From: Acidimicrobiia bacterium
GTDB taxonomy: Bacteria; Actinomycetota; Acidimicrobiia; Acidimicrobiales; CATQHL01
Length of the DNA: 64,000 nucleotides
Assembly (NCBI GenBank): GCA_009835395.1
Contig: VXXM01000006.1
Span: 27,632 to 91,631 of the forward strand
Direction of reading: 5' to 3'
The stretch's first letter is position 1, and each line of letters opens with the position of its first letter. The notes beneath the pieces are model-generated. The model saw only the letters and a program-made list of their open reading frames with translations. It did not search any database and had not been told where the DNA came from. A program made the translations under genes and the position numbers. Positions 61,298 to 64,000 of the stretch are shown one piece after another.

Positions 61298-61819
61298 TCA
61301 GGCGCCTGCGGCTGCGGCCGCGGTGACGTCGTCCTCGGTGACGCGGCCGCTGGGTCCGGTACCGACAACCGAGTCGAGGTCGACGCCGAGTTCGGTGGCC
61401 AATCGCCGCGCACGCGGTGCGATCTGGCGGCGGGATCCGCCAGCACTCTCGTCATTCCGGCGGAGGCCGGAATCCACTGCAGGCCCACGCGGTGCGTCTG
61501 GCGGATCTGCCTCCTCGGCGACATCCCGGTTGACGGCGTCCTGCCGGTCCTCGACGCCATCCGGCTCGACGGCTCCGGCGGGGCCGATCACGGCCAGCAA
61601 CTCGTTGACGGCGACGGTCTCGCCCTCGGGCACCAGGATGCGCTGGAGCACGCCGCCGTCGGTTGCCACCAGTTCCTCGGTGACCTTCTCCGCCTCGATC
61701 TCGGCCACCACCTCCCCGGCCGCCACCGGGTCGCCCTCGCGCTTGAACCAGGTGATGATCGTGCCCTCCTGCATCCCCATGCCGAACTGGGGGAGTCGGA
61801 TCTCGGTGACCGCGGTCAT
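61298..61819 (-). CDS. Lipoyl domain + peripheral subunit-binding domain protein with no acyltransferase domain (mini-E2), 173 aa
   Basis: LPQFGMGMQEGTI, EIEAEKV lipoyl-Lys, APRARRLATELGVDL...GTGPSGRVTEDDV, then TGA. Confidence 0.85.
   Translation of the reverse strand: MTAVTEIRLPQFGMGMQEGTIITWFKREGDPVAAGEVVAEIEAEKVTEELVATDGGVLQRILVPEGETVAVNELLAVIGPAGAVEPDGVEDRQDAVNRDVAEEADPPDAPRGPAVDSGLRRNDESAGGSRRQIAPRARRLATELGVDLDSVVGTGPSGRVTEDDVTAAAAAGA
61450..61478. repeat. CGTC-tagged REP-like palindrome, copy 2 (in frame inside the mini-E2 linker)
   Basis: cgtcattccggcggaggccggaatccact; reads VDSGLRRNDE on the minus strand. Confidence 0.85.
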
Positions 61820-62784
61820 GCCATCAGTTCGCGGGCGGCGGCTGCGATCCGATCGGCGCTCGGGTACAGGGGGCGCTCGAGGGCGGCGCTGTAGGGGATC
61901 TGCGTGTGGGGCGTCGTCACCCGGGCGATCGGTGCCTGGAGGTCCCAGAACCCTTCCCCGGCGACGATCGCGGCAACCTCGGACGCCACCGAGCCCATCT
62001 CGTGAGCGGGATCGGCGACGACGAGCCTGCCGGTCTTTGCGACCGAGGCCAGCACGGTCCGGCGGTCCAGGGGCACGATCGACCGGAGGTCGACCACCTC
62101 TGCTGATATCCCTTCGTCGGCGAGTTCCTCGGCCGCGGTCAGGGCATGGGCGACCGCTCCCGCCAGGGCCACGACGGTGACATCGTCGCCCTCCCGCTTG
62201 ACGTCGGCCACGCCGAGGGGGACGACATGGTCGCCGTCGGGCACCTCGCCGCGCTGGCCCCACAGGCCGCCGTCCTCGAAGCTGATCACGGGGTCGTCGT
62301 CGCGGATCGCTGCCTTGAGCATCCCCTTGGCGTCGGCGGGCGTGGCCGGCGCGATGAGCTTCAGGCCGGGGATCGTCATCAGGGCGGGGTAGGGCCGGTC
62401 GGAGTGCTGGGCGGCGTTGCCGCGGTTGTACAGCATGGGCGCCATCAGCGTGATCGGCAGCTTGGCCTGCCCGCCGTAGAGGTAGGTGGACTTGGCGATG
62501 ATCGAGACGAGCTGGTCGAACGCCACGTACACGAACGGTGCGATCAGCATGTGCACGACCGGACGCATACCCACCATGGCCGCGCCGGCGCCCGCCCCCA
62601 CGAAGCCGGCCTCGGAGATCGGCGTGTCGCGGACCCGCTCCTGGCCGAACTTGTCGACCAGCCCCGTGGTGGAGCCCATGAGGCCCCAGGTCACGTCCTC
62701 GCCCATCACGAAGACCGACTGGTCGCGTTCCATCTCCTCGACGAGCGCCTCGTTGAGCGCCTCGAGGTAGGTCAGGGTTCGCAT
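61816..62784 (-). CDS. ThDP-dependent dehydrogenase E1 beta subunit (AcoB/PdhB-like)
   Basis: MGEDV, DTPISEAG, AQHS, VVDLRSIVPLD. Confidence 0.92.
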   Translation of the reverse strand: MRTLTYLEALNEALVEEMERDQSVFVMGEDVTWGLMGSTTGLVDKFGQERVRDTPISEAGFVGAGAGAAMVGMRPVVHMLIAPFVYVAFDQLVSIIAKSTYLYGGQAKLPITLMAPMLYNRGNAAQHSDRPYPALMTIPGLKLIAPATPADAKGMLKAAIRDDDPVISFEDGGLWGQRGEVPDGDHVVPLGVADVKREGDDVTVVALAGAVAHALTAAEELADEGISAEVVDLRSIVPLDRRTVLASVAKTGRLVVADPAHEMGSVASEVAAIVAGEGFWDLQAPIARVTTPHTQIPYSAALERPLYPSADRIAAAARELMA

Positions 62785-62794
62785 GGCGGGACGC

Positions 62795-63772
62795 TCAGGC
62801 ATCGATCGGGTTGGTGAACAGGTGCGTGAAGGCGGCCTCGGGTGGAGGGGCGGGACTCGAGCGGGCGAAGTCCAGCGCCTCGGCCAGTTCTGCCTCGACC
62901 TCTTTGTCGATGACGTCCAGTTCGTCGCCGTCGACGCCTCGTTCCCCCAATGCGTCGCGGAACAGCACGAGCGGGTCACGCTGCGTCCGCCAGTGCTCGA
63001 TCTCGGCGGGGTCGCGGTAGTTCTCGATCCGGATGCCGATCGCGTGGTTGTCGAACCGGTAGGTCATCGTCTCCACCAGGCTCGGCCCCTCGCCGCGGCG
63101 AGCCCGTGTCACGGCCTCGCTGACCGCTTCGTACACGGCGAGCACGTCTTGGCCGTCCACGGTGACACCGGGCATGCCGTAGCCCGCGGCCCGCTCCGAC
63201 ACCTCCTCGACCGCCGTGGTCTTGTGTGCAGCGGTCAGCTCGCCGTAGCCGTTGTTCTCGCACACGTACACCGCCGGGAGCGTCCAGATCGCCGCCAGGT
63301 TGAGCGACTCGTGGAACGTCCCCTGGTTGGAGGCACCGTCGCCGAAGAAGCACAGCGTCACCCGATCGATGCCCTGCAGCTTGGAGCCAAGCGCCGCTCC
63401 CGCCGCCACCGGCAGCCCCGACCCGACGATCGACGTCTCCCCGAGGCTCCCCACCGAGAAGTCCGACAGGTGCATCGACCCGCCCTTGCCCTGGTTCACC
63501 CCGGTCTCCTTGCCCATCAACTCGGCGAGGAGGCCATCCAGCGCGGCCCCCTTGCCGATGGGATGGCCGTGCGAGCGGTGCGTGCCGACCATGTAGTCGT
63601 CGTCGCGAAGAGCCATGCACGCCCCGACGATCGAAGCCTCCTGGCCGGTCGAGGTGTGGAAGGCGCCGTACAGCTCCCCGGCGAGCAGGAGTTCCTTGGT
63701 CGTGGCCTCGAACTGCCGGATGCGCGACATGCGCCGGTACATCTCCCGCAGATCGCCACCGCTGACCGTCAT
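62795..63772 (-). CDS. ThDP-dependent dehydrogenase E1 alpha subunit (AcoA/PdhA-like)
   Basis: HRSHGH, GKGGSMH, GDGASNQG...ENN ThDP motif; GAGGAG before ATG 63772 (alternative ATG 63799). Confidence 0.92.
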   Translation of the reverse strand: MTVSGGDLREMYRRMSRIRQFEATTKELLLAGELYGAFHTSTGQEASIVGACMALRDDDYMVGTHRSHGHPIGKGAALDGLLAELMGKETGVNQGKGGSMHLSDFSVGSLGETSIVGSGLPVAAGAALGSKLQGIDRVTLCFFGDGASNQGTFHESLNLAAIWTLPAVYVCENNGYGELTAAHKTTAVEEVSERAAGYGMPGVTVDGQDVLAVYEAVSEAVTRARRGEGPSLVETMTYRFDNHAIGIRIENYRDPAEIEHWRTQRDPLVLFRDALGERGVDGDELDVIDKEVEAELAEALDFARSSPAPPPEAAFTHLFTNPIDA

Positions 63773-63790
63773 GACATGCTCCTCGCCTGA

Positions 63791-63808
63791 GGGCGTCATA
63801 TTACGCCC
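63791..63808. promoter_or_regulatory. Palindromic operator candidate overlapping the E1 alpha -10 (TAATAT, minus strand)
   Basis: GGGCGTCAT|ATTACGCCC, 8 of 9 positions pair. Confidence 0.55.
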
Positions 63809-63823
63809 GCCCGATGGGGTGCG

Positions 63824-64000
63824 ATGATGAGGTCCGTGGGACGTCTGGACGGCAAGGTCGCGATCGTGACCGGCGCGGGCTCGGGTCTCGGCCGGGCCGC
63901 GGCGCTCCGGTTCGCGGCCGAGGGAGCCTCGGTGGCGTGTGTCGACCTGGATCGCGAAGGTGCGCAGGAGACGGTCTCGGCGATGGGGGAGCGGGGCCTG
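63824..64000 (+). CDS. Short-chain dehydrogenase/reductase (3' truncated by window edge)
   Basis: [29 protein letters not shown]. Confidence 0.88.
   Translation, partial: MMRSVGRLDGKVAIVTGAGSGLGRAAALRFAAEGASVACVDLDREGAQETVSAMGERGL

Noticed and set aside
48990-64000. Integrative element or prophage at tRNA-Leu
   Set aside because: No integrase, transposase, phage gene or distal tRNA 3' repeat within the window; island status rests only on composition and gene content

Overview
High-GC actinobacterial chromosome segment; gene content and order suggest class Acidimicrobiia (inference). Bases 1-36 kb and 42.8-49 kb are mostly core genes: mreD-mrdA-rodA, TIGR03960/TIGR03936, rne-rplU-rpmA-obgE-proB, nfeD/flotillin, rimO-pgsA-cinA-ppx, proA, murJ, MoxR/VWA, an ANTAR regulator, polA, rpsA, coaE, uvrB, uvrA, then uvrC-rapZ-gap-pgk-tpiA-secG-tRNA-Leu. 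There are two accessory blocks. The first (36.1-42.7 kb, between uvrA and uvrC) holds a CUT2-type ABC importer whose lipoprotein has a ~177-aa Ala-rich stalk, a secreted M6 metalloprotease with a tandem 55-aa module, and a small aspartyl protease. The second (49.2-64 kb) follows a tandemly duplicated tRNA-Leu(GAG) whose second copy has a rewritten D-loop. It encodes a TetR regulator, a 2-hydroxyacid dehydrogenase, a NitT/TauT ABC importer with a double-domain binding lipoprotein, two SDRs, an arylsulfatase, an RHH-PemK/MazF TA pair, a Baeyer-Villiger monooxygenase, and a ThDP E1alpha/E1beta pair with a lipoyl+PSBD mini-E2 that has no acyltransferase domain. A CGTC-type palindromic repeat occurs twice, once in frame inside the mini-E2. 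At least 14 genes show a leaderless -10/start-codon layout. I found no CRISPR array, integrase, transposase or rRNA. All product calls come from motif recognition by eye, not database searches.
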